DNA from: Candidatus Binatia bacterium
GTDB lineage: Bacteria; Desulfobacterota; Binatia; HRBIN30
Length of the DNA stretch: 64,000 nt
Direction: 5' to 3'
Assembly: GCA_038245295.1 (NCBI GenBank)
Contig: JBBRSP010000004.1
Coordinates: 224,001 to 288,000 of the forward strand
Each line of letters opens with the position of its first letter. The first letter of the stretch is position 1. Below are positions 8,898 to 20,000 of this stretch, piece after piece. Under the pieces are notes generated by a model that worked only from the letters and a program-made list of their open reading frames with translations, made no database searches and was not told the DNA's origin. The position numbers were made by a program, and so were the translations under genes.

Positions 8898-9794
8898 TTA
8901 CCTCGTGGCCTTAGGCCTCGCGCCGCGTAGGGCCTCCTGCAAGGCCCGCAAGCGATCCTGACATTCGGCGGTGACTTTGCGCTTCTTGCCGAGCGACATG
9001 GTGAACGATCGCACGTTGCTGTTACGTCGCGACAGGCTAACGATCTGGTCGTTCACCTGCTTAAAATCAGAATAGGCGGCTTTGGCGGCATCAATACTGG
9101 CGCCCGATGCGACGAGACTCGCCAGCCCCTGGTTGACGAGCGTCTCGAGGCGATTCATCTCGGCCTCGATCGTATCCATTTCCTCGTCACCCGCCTCGGC
9201 GATATGACGGCCCTCGATCGCGTGAATTTTCAGCGCCGCGGCAAGCACCTGCCCTGCTGTGCGTGTCAGCTTCGCCGCTTGTGGCGATGCCACGCTGGCA
9301 TCCACCAGCTTGTCGAGTGCTGCTTCGAAGCGATCGAGCGCTGCGCTCGCGGGCGCGAAGGATAGGCGGAGAGCCTTGAGATTGGTGTTCTGTACCGCCA
9401 GGTCGAGAATCTCGCGATCGAGCTCCTGGTATTGTGTCCAGCAGCTGCTGAACTCGTTGAAGCGCGCACTCTCTTCCGGGCGCGTCGTACCGTCGATCAG
9501 TTTACCAAGCTCCGCACGGTCTGCCTCGACGCGGGCGGCCGCGCTCTGTGCCTCTTTGGCGAACGCTTCCGACGCGTCGTCGGTATCGGCCATCACGGCG
9601 CTCTTCTCCGCCTCGGCGGCGGCCAGAAGCTTGGCCTCGATCTCCGAGGCCAGCTCGCTTTTGCGCAGCATGGTCTCGAAGACGGTGTCGGGCCACGGTT
9701 CGGCGTGGCTGGTCCCCGTCAAAGCGACGATGGCCACGGCCGGCACTACGATCCAGGCGAGAGCGATGCAGGGGGTTCTTCTCTGAAGCTTCAT
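8898..9794 (-). CDS. Secreted stand-alone four-helix-bundle (MCP 4HB-like) protein
   Basis: Signal peptide ending SHA; AEKSAVMADTD and LAVQNTNLKA/LSRRNSNVRS duplicated helical units; no TM or signalling domain follows. Confidence 0.65.
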   Translation of the reverse strand: MKLQRRTPCIALAWIVVPAVAIVALTGTSHAEPWPDTVFETMLRKSELASEIEAKLLAAAEAEKSAVMADTDDASEAFAKEAQSAAARVEADRAELGKLIDGTTRPEESARFNEFSSCWTQYQELDREILDLAVQNTNLKALRLSFAPASAALDRFEAALDKLVDASVASPQAAKLTRTAGQVLAAALKIHAIEGRHIAEAGDEEMDTIEAEMNRLETLVNQGLASLVASGASIDAAKAAYSDFKQVNDQIVSLSRRNSNVRSFTMSLGKKRKVTAECQDRLRALQEALRGARPKATR

Positions 9795-9874
9795 GCTGTT
9801 CCTTAAATGTCACCAATCCGGAGCCATCACAATTCGGGGGCGGTAACGGATCGACATTGCCACCGTCTCGCGAG

Positions 9875-9898
9875 GTAGGCGCAGGCTTTAGCCTGCGG
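9875..9898. repeat. GTAG-type REP hairpin (single)
   Basis: GTAGGCGCAGGCTTTAGCCTGCGG. Confidence 0.8.
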
Positions 9899-10030
9899 CG
9901 TGCACGTCGTTGAGTCGCAGAATTCGCGGTACATCCCGCATTACGCCCGGTCGCCAACGTAAGGGTTGTTCGCAGGACTATCGTGGGTTACCGTCTGACG
10001 TCGCAGTTTTTCTCGGAGGTTCGATCGCCG

Positions 10031-10930
10031 ATGCCGGTAAACGAAATCGAAACAAACGGGCGCCCGAGTTGGATTCCACGCTGGGTCGAGAGTGTGCCGT
10101 TCTGGGGCGTGCACCTCGCTTGCCTGCTGGTAATCTGGGCGGGCTGGAGTTGGACCGCCGTGATCACCTGTGCCGCCCTGTACTTCGTGCGCATGTTCGC
10201 CATCACCGGCGCCTACCATCGCTACTTCTCGCATCGCACCTACAAGACGAGCCGCCCGGTGCAGTTCATCCTGGCCTTGATCGGCACCTCGGCGGTGCAA
10301 AAGGGACCTCTGTGGTGGGCGGCACATCACCGGCATCACCACCGTTACGCCGATACCGAGCAGGACATCCACCCGCCGAGCGTCAAAGGCTTCTGGTGGG
10401 CACATGTCGGATGGATCCTGGCGCCGGACTACATGGCGACCAAGTTCGACGCGATCCGTGATTTCGCCAAGTTCCCCGAGTTGCGATTTTTGAATCAGTA
10501 CCACATCCTGACACCCGTCGGCATGGGCGTGCTGCTGTTCGTCATAGGCTGGATCCTCGACGTCCACGCGCCCGCGCTGAAGACGTCGGGAATACAGATG
10601 TTCGTCTGGGGATTCTGCATCAGCACCACCCTGCTCTACCACGGCACCTTCACCATCAACTCGCTGTCACATGTGTTGGGCAGCCGGCGCTTCGAAACCA
10701 AGGACACCAGCCGCAACAACTTTGCGCTGTCACTCGTGACCCTGGGCGAGGGTTGGCACAACAACCACCACCGTTACCCGGCTTCCGAACGCCAGGGGTT
10801 CTACTGGTGGGAGATCGATGTAACCCACTACATCCTCAAGGGCATGTCGTGGTGTGGCCTGGTGTGGGATCTGCGCGAACCGCCGAAGCGCATCTACGAG
10901 GAAGCGCGCTCGGCAGGCCGCAGGGCCTGA
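10031..10930 (+). CDS. Acyl-CoA/fatty acid (delta-9-type) desaturase
   Basis: His boxes YHRYFSH, HHRHHH, WHNNHH; GGAGG before ATG 10031. Confidence 0.9.
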   Translation: MPVNEIETNGRPSWIPRWVESVPFWGVHLACLLVIWAGWSWTAVITCAALYFVRMFAITGAYHRYFSHRTYKTSRPVQFILALIGTSAVQKGPLWWAAHHRHHHRYADTEQDIHPPSVKGFWWAHVGWILAPDYMATKFDAIRDFAKFPELRFLNQYHILTPVGMGVLLFVIGWILDVHAPALKTSGIQMFVWGFCISTTLLYHGTFTINSLSHVLGSRRFETKDTSRNNFALSLVTLGEGWHNNHHRYPASERQGFYWWEIDVTHYILKGMSWCGLVWDLREPPKRIYEEARSAGRRA

Positions 10931-10971
10931 TCGTCGGTCGCCCCCCATCCCCTCTCGCAGATCGAAGCCCC

Positions 10972-13900
10972 CTACGAACGCGGCGCTGGCGGGCCAGAGC
11001 GGCGCTCGCTCCAGGTTTGGAAGACGACGTAGAACACCGGCACGAACAGGATTGCCAGGAACGTCGACGTCAGCATCCCGCCGAAGACAGCCGTCCCCAG
11101 AGCGCGGCGGCTGGCGGCGCCGGCACCGGTGGCGACGACCAGCGGATAGACGCCGAGGATGAAGGCGAACGACGTCATGAGGATCGGCCGGAAGCGCAAG
11201 CGTGAGGCCTCGATCGCCGAATCGACAATGCTGTTGCCGCGGGCGCGTTGCTCGCGCGCGAACTCGACAATGAGAATGGCGTTCTTGCTGGCCAAGGCAA
11301 TCAACAACACGACACCGATCTGCGTATAGACGTTGTTGTCCATGCCGCGCAGGGCCACGGCGATAACCGTTCCCAACAACGCCAGTGGCACGACGAGCAC
11401 AACCGCCGCTGGACTGGTCCAACTCTCGTACTGCGCCGCCAACACCAGGAAGACGAGCAACACGGCCAGTCCGAAGATCAGAAAGGCTTCGCCGCCGACC
11501 TTCTTCTCCTGGTAGGAGATCCCGGTCCAGTCGAAGCCCATCGACGTCGGTAGCTTCGCCGCCGCCATCCCCTCCATGAGCTTGAGCGCCTGGCCGGAGC
11601 TGTAACCGCGCGCCGCCTCGCCGCTGATCGCCGCTGAGGGGTAGAGGTTGTATCGTGTGACGATCTGCGGGCCGACCGAGTCACGCACGTCCGCCAACGT
11701 ACCGAGTGGCACCATCGAGCCCTGCGCATTGCGCACGTCGAGCCGCGCGATGTCGGCCGGCTCGAGCCGGAATTTCGGTTCGGCCTGTACACGCACCTGA
11801 TAGGTCCGGCCAAAGAGATTGAAGTCGTTCACATACGCCGACCCGAGATAGGCCTGCAGTGTGCCGAAGACATTGGTCAGCGGCACGCCAAGTGCCTTGG
11901 CCTTGGTGCGATCGATATCGGCAAATAGCTGCGGCACACCGCTGCGGAAGGTCGACTTCAGCGACGCCAAACCCGTCTGCGTGCCGCCGTCGCGCAACAT
12001 CTCCTGCACCATTTGCTCGAGTGCCGGCAGCCCGATGCCGCCGCGATCTTCGAGTTGCATCTGAAAGCCGCCGGCGACACCGAGGCCGCGAATCGACGGC
12101 GGTGAAAAAACGAATGCCTCACCCTCCTGAATGGTCGAGAAGCTGTGCCGCAAGCGGCCAAGAATCGCATCCTGGCTCAAGCTCGGGTCGCGACGCTCCT
12201 CCCAGGGTTTCAAGATGATGAAGAAGGTCGAGGCGTTCGACGCGGTCGTGCCGTCGAGCACAGAGTTGCCGCCGATACTCACCCAATCGTCGACGCCCTC
12301 GGTGGTGCTGAGAATCTTGTTGACCTTCGTCACCGCCGCGCGCGTCCGCGGTTGCGACGACGCGTCGGGCAGCTGGATGCCGGCGATGACATAGCCCTGA
12401 TCTTCGACGGGCAGGAAGCCGGTAGGTAGTCGCGTGTAACTCCACAGGGTCAAGACCATCAACCCGGCAAAAGCGAGCATCGTCAGGCCGGCGTGCTTGA
12501 CCATCCAGGTGATGATGCGCGTGTAACCGTTCTCGGCGCGCCCGTAGATGCGATTGAAGGCGCGATAGAAGGCGTTCTTTGTGCCGTGAGACGGACGCAG
12601 ATACATGGCGCACTGGGCCGGCTTCAACGTCAGCGCGTTGATGGCGCTGATGCCGGCGGTGGCAGCAATCGTCAGCGCAAACTGGCGATAGAGTTGGCCG
12701 GTGATGCCACCAAGAAACGCGGTTGGCAGGAACACCGCCATCAGCACACAGGTAATACCGATGATCGGCCCGGTTACTTCCCCCATGGCCTGGATCGTCG
12801 CCTCACGCGGCCCGAGATTCTCGTTCTCCATATGATGCGTGGCGTTTTCAACGATGACGATGGCGTCGTCGACGACGATACCGATCGCCAAGACCAGACC
12901 GAACAAGGTCAGCAGGTTGATGGTGAACCCGAAAGCCGCCATCGCCGCGAAGGCGCCGATGATCGTCACCGGCACGGTCGTCGCCGGCACGAGCAACGCC
13001 CGCCAATCCTGCAGGAAGACCAGGATGACGATGAGCACCAGGATGCCGGCCTCGAAAAGCGTCCACCACACTTCGTGGATCGCCTGACGCACGAACCTCG
13101 TCGTGTCGAACGGGATCGCGTAGGTCATGCCTTCCGGGAAGGTCGTCTTTAGGCGCTCCATCGTGGCGCGCACCGCATCGGCGACGTCGAGCGCGTTGGC
13201 CGCCGGCAACTGAAAAACCGCGATACCGGCCGCCGGCTTGCCGGTCTTCTGGAAGAATGTGTCGTACACCTGACCGCCGAGCTCGACGCGGGCGACATCC
13301 CGCAGGCGCGTGACGCGGCTGCCGCTCGACTTGACGATGATGTCTTCGAACTGATCAACGTTGCTCAGACGCCCGAGCGTGCTGACGGTGTATTGAAACG
13401 TTTCGGTATTCGGCACCGGCGGTTGACCGATCTGGCCGGCCGCCACCTGGACGTTCTGCTCCTGGATCGCTGCGATCACGTCCTGCGTCGTCAGCCCACG
13501 CGCCTTCAAACGCGGCGGATCGAGCCAGACACGCATGCTGTACTGGGCGCTGCCGCGCACCAAGGCGTTGGCGACGCCGGGCAGCCGGCTGATCTCTTCC
13601 ACCAAACGCAGGGTCGCGTAGTTGCTCAGGTACAGGCTGTCGTAGCGCTCGTCGGGCGACGTCAGCACGACGAACATGACGATGTTGGTCGACTGCTTCT
13701 TGGTGCTGACACCCTGGCGCTTCACTTCGTCGGGCAGCAGGGGCTGCGCGATCGACACGCGGTTCTGCACCAGGACCTGGGCGATATCGAGGTCGGTGCC
13801 GACATCGAAGGTCACCGTCAGGTTGTACGACCCGTCGCTGGCGCTGGTCGATGACATGTACAGCATGCCCTCGACGCCGTTGACCTGTTGTTCGATCGGC

Positions 13901-14091
13901 ACACCAACCGTCTCAGCAACGACGCGCGCGTTGGCGCCTGGATAGATCGTCGAGACCTGTACAGTCGGCGGCGTGATCTGCGGGTATTGTCCGACCGGCA
14001 ACGCCCTTAGTGTCACCAAACCAAAGATGATGGTGACAATGGCGATGACGTTGGCGAAGATCGGCCGGTCGACGAAAAAGCGTGAGATCAT
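10972..14091 (-). CDS. RND efflux transporter permease subunit (HAE1)
   Basis: MISRFFVDRPIFA, AIGIVVDDAIVIVEN, SKNAILIVEF, RFRPILMTS; 1039 aa. Confidence 0.96.
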   Translation of the reverse strand: MISRFFVDRPIFANVIAIVTIIFGLVTLRALPVGQYPQITPPTVQVSTIYPGANARVVAETVGVPIEQQVNGVEGMLYMSSTSASDGSYNLTVTFDVGTDLDIAQVLVQNRVSIAQPLLPDEVKRQGVSTKKQSTNIVMFVVLTSPDERYDSLYLSNYATLRLVEEISRLPGVANALVRGSAQYSMRVWLDPPRLKARGLTTQDVIAAIQEQNVQVAAGQIGQPPVPNTETFQYTVSTLGRLSNVDQFEDIIVKSSGSRVTRLRDVARVELGGQVYDTFFQKTGKPAAGIAVFQLPAANALDVADAVRATMERLKTTFPEGMTYAIPFDTTRFVRQAIHEVWWTLFEAGILVLIVILVFLQDWRALLVPATTVPVTIIGAFAAMAAFGFTINLLTLFGLVLAIGIVVDDAIVIVENATHHMENENLGPREATIQAMGEVTGPIIGITCVLMAVFLPTAFLGGITGQLYRQFALTIAATAGISAINALTLKPAQCAMYLRPSHGTKNAFYRAFNRIYGRAENGYTRIITWMVKHAGLTMLAFAGLMVLTLWSYTRLPTGFLPVEDQGYVIAGIQLPDASSQPRTRAAVTKVNKILSTTEGVDDWVSIGGNSVLDGTTASNASTFFIILKPWEERRDPSLSQDAILGRLRHSFSTIQEGEAFVFSPPSIRGLGVAGGFQMQLEDRGGIGLPALEQMVQEMLRDGGTQTGLASLKSTFRSGVPQLFADIDRTKAKALGVPLTNVFGTLQAYLGSAYVNDFNLFGRTYQVRVQAEPKFRLEPADIARLDVRNAQGSMVPLGTLADVRDSVGPQIVTRYNLYPSAAISGEAARGYSSGQALKLMEGMAAAKLPTSMGFDWTGISYQEKKVGGEAFLIFGLAVLLVFLVLAAQYESWTSPAAVVLVVPLALLGTVIAVALRGMDNNVYTQIGVVLLIALASKNAILIVEFAREQRARGNSIVDSAIEASRLRFRPILMTSFAFILGVYPLVVATGAGAASRRALGTAVFGGMLTSTFLAILFVPVFYVVFQTWSERRSGPPAPRS

Positions 14092-15350
14092 GGTTTCCCA
14101 GCCGCGGACGGGGTTGGGCGTGGGGCATCTGGCGTAGCGGCTGATCCCACGGAACCCGCCGGCGTCGGCGCTCCGACTTCAACCCGCAAGGGTTTCACCA
14201 CACCACCCGGATGGGCGCGCTGTAAGCCGTTGACGACGATCGTGTCGCTGGTCGTGATGCCGCTCCGCACGATGCGCAGGCCGTCGCCGGCCGCGACACC
14301 GGTCTCGACGCGACGCAGTTGCACGACGTTCTTGTCGTCCACCACCAGCAGGTAACGTCCGCCCTGGTCAGCCCCGAGCGCCACATCCGGAACCAGCACT
14401 TCCTTACCGCGCGTAAACGGCAAGCGGATGCGCGCGAACAGGCCGGGAATCAACACAGCATCGGTGTTGGGAAAGACGGCGCGGATCTCGATCGTGCCGG
14501 TGCTCGAGTCGACGCGGTTGCTCGAGTAGTCGACCTTGCCGACATGTGGGAAGCCGTCTTCGGTTGCCAGCCCCATGTAGGCGATGCTCTGCTCGCCATC
14601 GCTCGCGGCGGTGCGACGCAGACTTTGCAGCTCACGATACTGCATGACCTCGCGCTCGCTCGCGGTAAAATAGACGTAGATCGGGTCGGCGCGCACCATC
14701 GTCGCCAGGATCGTTGGCTGGCCGACGCCGACCAGGTTGCCAACATCGACCTGATTGCGATCGATGCGGCCGTCAAACGGCGCGTAGAGACTGGTGTAGG
14801 AGAGATTGAGCTTGGCTTGATTGAGATTGGCTTTGGCGATCTCGACGGCGCTCTTGGCCTGATCGCTTTGCTGCTGCTTTTGAATCAGGTCGGTGCGGCT
14901 GCCGGCGGAGCGCGCGAACATCGCCTGGGTCATCGACAATTGTTCGACCGACGAACGGCCCTGCGCCTCTTTGCCGGCGAGATCGGCTTCGGCCTGCGCC
15001 ACCTGCGTTGCATAGAGATCCGGCTCGATGACGAAGAGAAGCTGCCCCTTGGTGACAAAACCGCCGGGCGTGAAGTTCACACTCTTGAGGTAGCCTTGGA
15101 CGCGGGCGCGAATGTCCAGGGTCTCGACCGCGGCGGTGGTTCCCGTGAATTCAGAATACGTCGTCACTTCGCGTTCGATCGGTTGACTGACGCTGACTTC
15201 CGGTGCCGGCGGCGGCGCATAGGCATTTTCGTGACCACAGGCAGAGACGAGGAGAGCCGCCAGCAGCAACGGCGATAGACAGGCCGGCATCGCAGCGCGC
15301 CACTGCGTGGCGTCGCCTGATGGCGAAAGGAGTGAACCGGGTCGCTTCAT
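14088..15350 (-). CDS. RND efflux periplasmic adaptor (MFP) lipoprotein
   Basis: Lipobox LVSAC, IRARVQGYL, YTSLYAPFDGRI; stop overlaps permease start (ATGA); start uncertain. Confidence 0.92.
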   Translation of the reverse strand: MKRPGSLLSPSGDATQWRAAMPACLSPLLLAALLVSACGHENAYAPPPAPEVSVSQPIEREVTTYSEFTGTTAAVETLDIRARVQGYLKSVNFTPGGFVTKGQLLFVIEPDLYATQVAQAEADLAGKEAQGRSSVEQLSMTQAMFARSAGSRTDLIQKQQQSDQAKSAVEIAKANLNQAKLNLSYTSLYAPFDGRIDRNQVDVGNLVGVGQPTILATMVRADPIYVYFTASEREVMQYRELQSLRRTAASDGEQSIAYMGLATEDGFPHVGKVDYSSNRVDSSTGTIEIRAVFPNTDAVLIPGLFARIRLPFTRGKEVLVPDVALGADQGGRYLLVVDDKNVVQLRRVETGVAAGDGLRIVRSGITTSDTIVVNGLQRAHPGGVVKPLRVEVGAPTPAGSVGSAATPDAPRPTPSAAGKP

Positions 15351-15364
15351 TCTTGCCTCCGGGC

Positions 15365-16942
15365 CTACCACTGCGGCCACCAGTGTCGCCATGACCATCC
15401 CGACTGCGCCGCATCGCTGACGTTTGCGGCCCGCGCTTCCGGATCAAGCTCCGAGCCCCAATAGCCGCGCCGCTGAATCTCGGCGCGTGTTTCCTCACCG
15501 ACGAAGTCGTTGCCGTCGCGCAGCTCCCAACCGCCGTCGACCGCTTTGTAGAGGGCGATGACACTGAGCACGACGGCGCCGCGCGTCGACACCAGCGCAT
15601 CGTCTTCGCGTAGCTTGGCCTGCTGCGAGTTGAGCACCGAGGTGTAGTCGGTACCACCTTCGCGGTAACGCACGAGCGACAGATCGACGGCACGGTTGGC
15701 GGCCGCCAGGCTCTTGGCCAGATACTCGACACGCTCGCGACCGCGCAGAAATCCGGCGAGGGCGTCTTCGACCTCTTGTTCGGCCCGCAGTACCGTCTCG
15801 GCGTAGTTGACGATCTGTTCCTGAAAGGCCGCATCCTGCAGCCGAACGTTGTTGTGGATGCGGCCATAGTTGAGCACTGGCCAGACGAACTGCGGGCCGC
15901 CGAGGGCGGCGAAGGACCGGCCCTCGAAAAGATCGGCGGCGTTCTCGGCGCTGACGGCGATGTTGCCGCGCAGTTGAATCGACGGGTACCACTCCGCCGC
16001 CGCGACACCGATACGAGCACTCTGCGCCGCGGCCGACTGTTCGGCGCGGCGGACATCGGGCCGGCGTCGCAACAGGTCGGCTGGAATTCCCACCGTGACG
16101 CTGACGGGCGGCTGCGGGACATGCCCGGCATCACCCAGCAACTCGCTCAACGTGCTTGGGGCGAGGCCCAGAAGCACGCAAAGTGAATGGATCGTTTGAC
16201 GGCGCTGCAGCTCGAGCTGGGGGATCGACGCCTCGGTATCGTGCAACAACGTGGCGGCCTGCTGCACGTCGAGCTCGGAGGTGCCACCAACCTCGAACCG
16301 GATGCGCGCCAGCTCGAAGCCGTCGAGTTGGGCGCGGACATTGTCGCTGGCCACCGCCAGGCGCTCGTCGAGCACGCGGATCTGCACGTAGGCCGACGCC
16401 ACTTCCGAGATCAGTCCAACCAGAACGTCGTCATAGGCGGCCACCGACCCGAGCAGCTCGGCATCGGACGCTTCGATGGCGCGGCGGAACTTGCCCCAGA
16501 AATCGAGCTCCCAACTGGCATCGAACCCGGCGCGCCATTCACTGAATCCCGGACTTTTTACCGGTACGACGGTGTTCTGGCTCAAGTGACTGCGTGTGTA
16601 CGCCCCGTTCAGCCTCTGCTCCTGCGGGAAGAGGCTGCCGATGGCGATGCCACGACGTGCTTGCGCTTCGAGAACCCGCAGGCCGGCGGCGCGAAGGCTG
16701 AGATTCTGCGCGTAGGCCATCTGCACCAGGCGATTGAGCGCTGGATCGCCGAGGATCTCCCACCACCGCGCTCCGAGCGCCGGTTGATCCATCTGGACGT
16801 TCGGGTCGTTGCCCTCGATCCACGTCGGTGCCGTCGGCGCCGGCGGCAACGAAAAGTTCGGGCCAGCCATACACCCGGCGGTACAAAGCAGGAGCAACGG
16901 CAAGCAGAAGCGGCGACCGCCGAGTCTCGGCATGGGCGTCAT
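15365..16942 (-). CDS. RND outer membrane factor lipoprotein (NodT/OprM family)
   Basis: Lipobox TAGC, SWELDFWGKFRR, LLRRRPDVRRAE, LYKAVDGGW; start uncertain (16933-17023). Confidence 0.9.
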   Translation of the reverse strand: MTPMPRLGGRRFCLPLLLLCTAGCMAGPNFSLPPAPTAPTWIEGNDPNVQMDQPALGARWWEILGDPALNRLVQMAYAQNLSLRAAGLRVLEAQARRGIAIGSLFPQEQRLNGAYTRSHLSQNTVVPVKSPGFSEWRAGFDASWELDFWGKFRRAIEASDAELLGSVAAYDDVLVGLISEVASAYVQIRVLDERLAVASDNVRAQLDGFELARIRFEVGGTSELDVQQAATLLHDTEASIPQLELQRRQTIHSLCVLLGLAPSTLSELLGDAGHVPQPPVSVTVGIPADLLRRRPDVRRAEQSAAAQSARIGVAAAEWYPSIQLRGNIAVSAENAADLFEGRSFAALGGPQFVWPVLNYGRIHNNVRLQDAAFQEQIVNYAETVLRAEQEVEDALAGFLRGRERVEYLAKSLAAANRAVDLSLVRYREGGTDYTSVLNSQQAKLREDDALVSTRGAVVLSVIALYKAVDGGWELRDGNDFVGEETRAEIQRRGYWGSELDPEARAANVSDAAQSGWSWRHWWPQW

Positions 16943-17094
16943 CACTAACATCAGTCGCAAAAGATGGAACGGGGCTTTGGGGACAATTGTGGAAATCTGA
17001 CTAAGGGGTGGGCGGTCAGCCATGGGCGATTACAACAATGGCACCGCGCAATCGCCCAACTGCTCAACCGCCCGGCGGACGGGCCGGCAGTCCG

Positions 17095-20000
17095 TCACAG
17101 GTGCCAGCGCCAGGCCGGTTGATCACCAAGGCGATACGAGCAGAATATCCCCGTCTTGATCGTCGCTTCCAGGTGCTTGCCGACGGCGGGGTCTTGCGCG
17201 GCGATGCGCTTGAGAACGGCTTTGATGGCGCGGGTGACGTTGAGCCGGGCGCGCTCGGCCGGCGATCCGGAGTTGCGATGCCGACCGTGCAGGCCGAAGG
17301 CGCGCGACAGCTCACGCGTCAGGAAGCTCATCTCGTCTTGTAGCTTGCCAATGCGCCCGAGGTCGTGGAACTCCTCCGCTTCGCCCAATTCGTCGCGTAG
17401 CTCGCGCAGACGAGCCGCGTAGGCGCCGCGTGCCTGCGCGTCGAGGGCCGGCCCGGACGCAACTGACGTCGAGCCCAGAGGCGATGAGTCTGGGTGTTCG
17501 AGCTCCAGCGCATGCGACTCGCGCCCCGGCTCGCTCAGGAGAACGCCAATATACTCGAGGCCCTTGGTGTGGCGCAGTCGGACGGGCCGCGCCAGCGCAC
17601 CGATCTCCCAGAAATCGCCGTCGCGGCGGAACGCGTATCCGCCTCCCTCAAGCGCGCTGTCGTGGGGATCCGAAACGGTACCGCAGCTGCGCAGGCGCTG
17701 TATCAGCCTCGACATCGCCAGTCGCTCGGCCGCTGCCGCGGCGAGTGCCACAAGCTCGGCACCGCGCTGGCGGTCAGGCGCTGAGTGTTGTCGCGCCAAC
17801 CAGTCACCGTAATCGAATTGTGTCCATGCCAACCACCCCGCGGCTCCCATGCGACTGTTGGCAGCTAAAGCCTCATCGAAGTGGGTTCGCGCCGCCGCGG
17901 CATCCCCTTGTGCCGCGGCCAGTAGCGCCAGGTAACGCGCCCCGGCGCCAAAGGTGACGGCAGCGCCGGCAGCAACGTTCAGGTGCGCCCACGGTCGCAG
18001 AAGCTGCTGCAGCGCCTCGATGTCGGCCGGGCGTCCGACATGCGCCGCAAGCTCGGCCAGGAAGGGCAAGATGCCGACGCGGTGTTGGCGCCGCAGATCC
18101 TCGAAGCCCGAGCGTGCCAGCTCGGCGAAGTGTTCGGCGGCTTCGTCGACACGCCCCGTATCGTGCAACAGCACCGCGAGAAAGCAGCGCGGCGTCGGCG
18201 TCGGCGCGCCGGATTGCAGCGCCAGACGAATCAGAGGTTCGAGATCGGCCAACTCGTCGCGCTCGCGCAGCAATACGAAGCGCTGCATGTAGGCCGCGCC
18301 GTCGGCGTTGGGATCACCGCTCTCCTGGACGAGCTGCATGGCCTCGGCGAGAGTTGCGTCGGCTTCCTTCCAGGCGCCGCGCAAGAGGGCACGCGCCACT
18401 TTGAAGTTCTTTGTCAGCCACAAGAACCGCGGCTGCCGCAAGCGTTCGCTTTGCGCCACCAGGTCGGTGAAGTAGCGATCGAAGCTGGCGACATCACCGA
18501 CGATGAGCCAGTCGACAAGCTGCCAACCGCGTCCCTCGACGGCGAGCTCCGGGCGTTGCAAGCTGCGGCCCAGCTCGACGAGCTCGCTGGCGACGTCGAG
18601 GCGACCCTCGAGCTCTTGCCGGGACCAGAGGACGTAATGGCGGAAGCTCAGCGTGTGCGCCAGCACGAGACGATCCCCGACACGCCGAGCCATTGCCACA
18701 GCCGCGGCACTCAACGGGATGGCGCGCACACCATCGTTATCGCTTGCCCACTGCATCGCCAGCGAGGCCATTAACTGCGCACGCAAACCCGAATCGCCGG
18801 GGCCAATCGCCGCAATCGCTTCGTCGAGCATGCCGCGCACGAGCGGATCACCGAGCGGCGGCGGCATCCCAAGGCCTTGATCCGCCACGCCCAACACGGC
18901 CCGCGCCAGCAACTCGTTGGCGACGTTGATGTGGTCCGCATCAAGACGTTGAGCAATCTGCCACGCCTGCAGATAGGTTTCGCGGGCGGTGCTCGATCCA
19001 CCGCGACGTTGTGCCGCGCCTAGAGCAAGGAGAATCTCGCAACGCCGTTGCGGATCGCCGATTTTGGCGAGGTGAAACACCTCGAGCGCGCGCTCGTAGT
19101 GGGTGGCCGCCTCTTCATACGCCAAATGCTCATCGGCCTCCTGCGCCGCCAACAGCGCATACTCCAGGGGCTTCTTGGCGTCGCCGGCATCGAGAGCCTC
19201 GAGGTAGTGATACGCGATCGACGAGAGGTTCACCGGCACACCACGGCGATGCTGCGACTCGAGGATGGGGGCAAGGCAGCGATGCCAACGCACACGAGCC
19301 GACGGCAGCAGATCGTCGTAGACGACGTCGCGGATCAACATGTGGCGAAATAGGAACATCGTGCGCGCCGACGCCAAGGTCGTGACCAGCATGGCGCGGT
19401 CGGCTTCGTGGACTAGATCCAGACACGCGCCGCGTTCGAGCTGCATGGCCTGACGCACTGTCTCGAGATCGAATTCGCGACCACACACCGCGGCGACGGC
19501 GAGAAGCTCGCGGCAGGCCGGACTGAGGATCTGCAGGCGTTGCCGCACCATGTCGCGCACCGTCGGCGGCACATCCGCGTCAAGGATGGCGGCGTGACCG
19601 GCAGGCGTCGCGTGCGCCGACTCGTTGGCCATCATGCGAGCGATCTCGGTTACGAAGAACGGATTACCACCGGTGCGTTCGAAGACCCTTTGGATGCGTT
19701 CGGCTTCGGTATCGTGTGCCATCTGACGCACGAGGCTGGTCACGGCCTCCAGGGCAAGCCCCACAATCGGCAACGTTTGACCCTGACGGGCAATGCGGTG
19801 CAGCAGGGCTCCACGTTCGGTTGATTGCTGGGCCTCGACCGGCCGCAGCGTGCCGATGAGAAGGATGCGGTGCGAGCGGATATGGCGCGATACGAGATCG
19901 AGCAGATGCAACGACGGCAGATCGGCGGCATGTAAGTCGTCAAGCGCCAACAGCAGCGGCTGCTGCGCGGCGCGCCGCAGCAGCAGAGTCACGACCGCGT

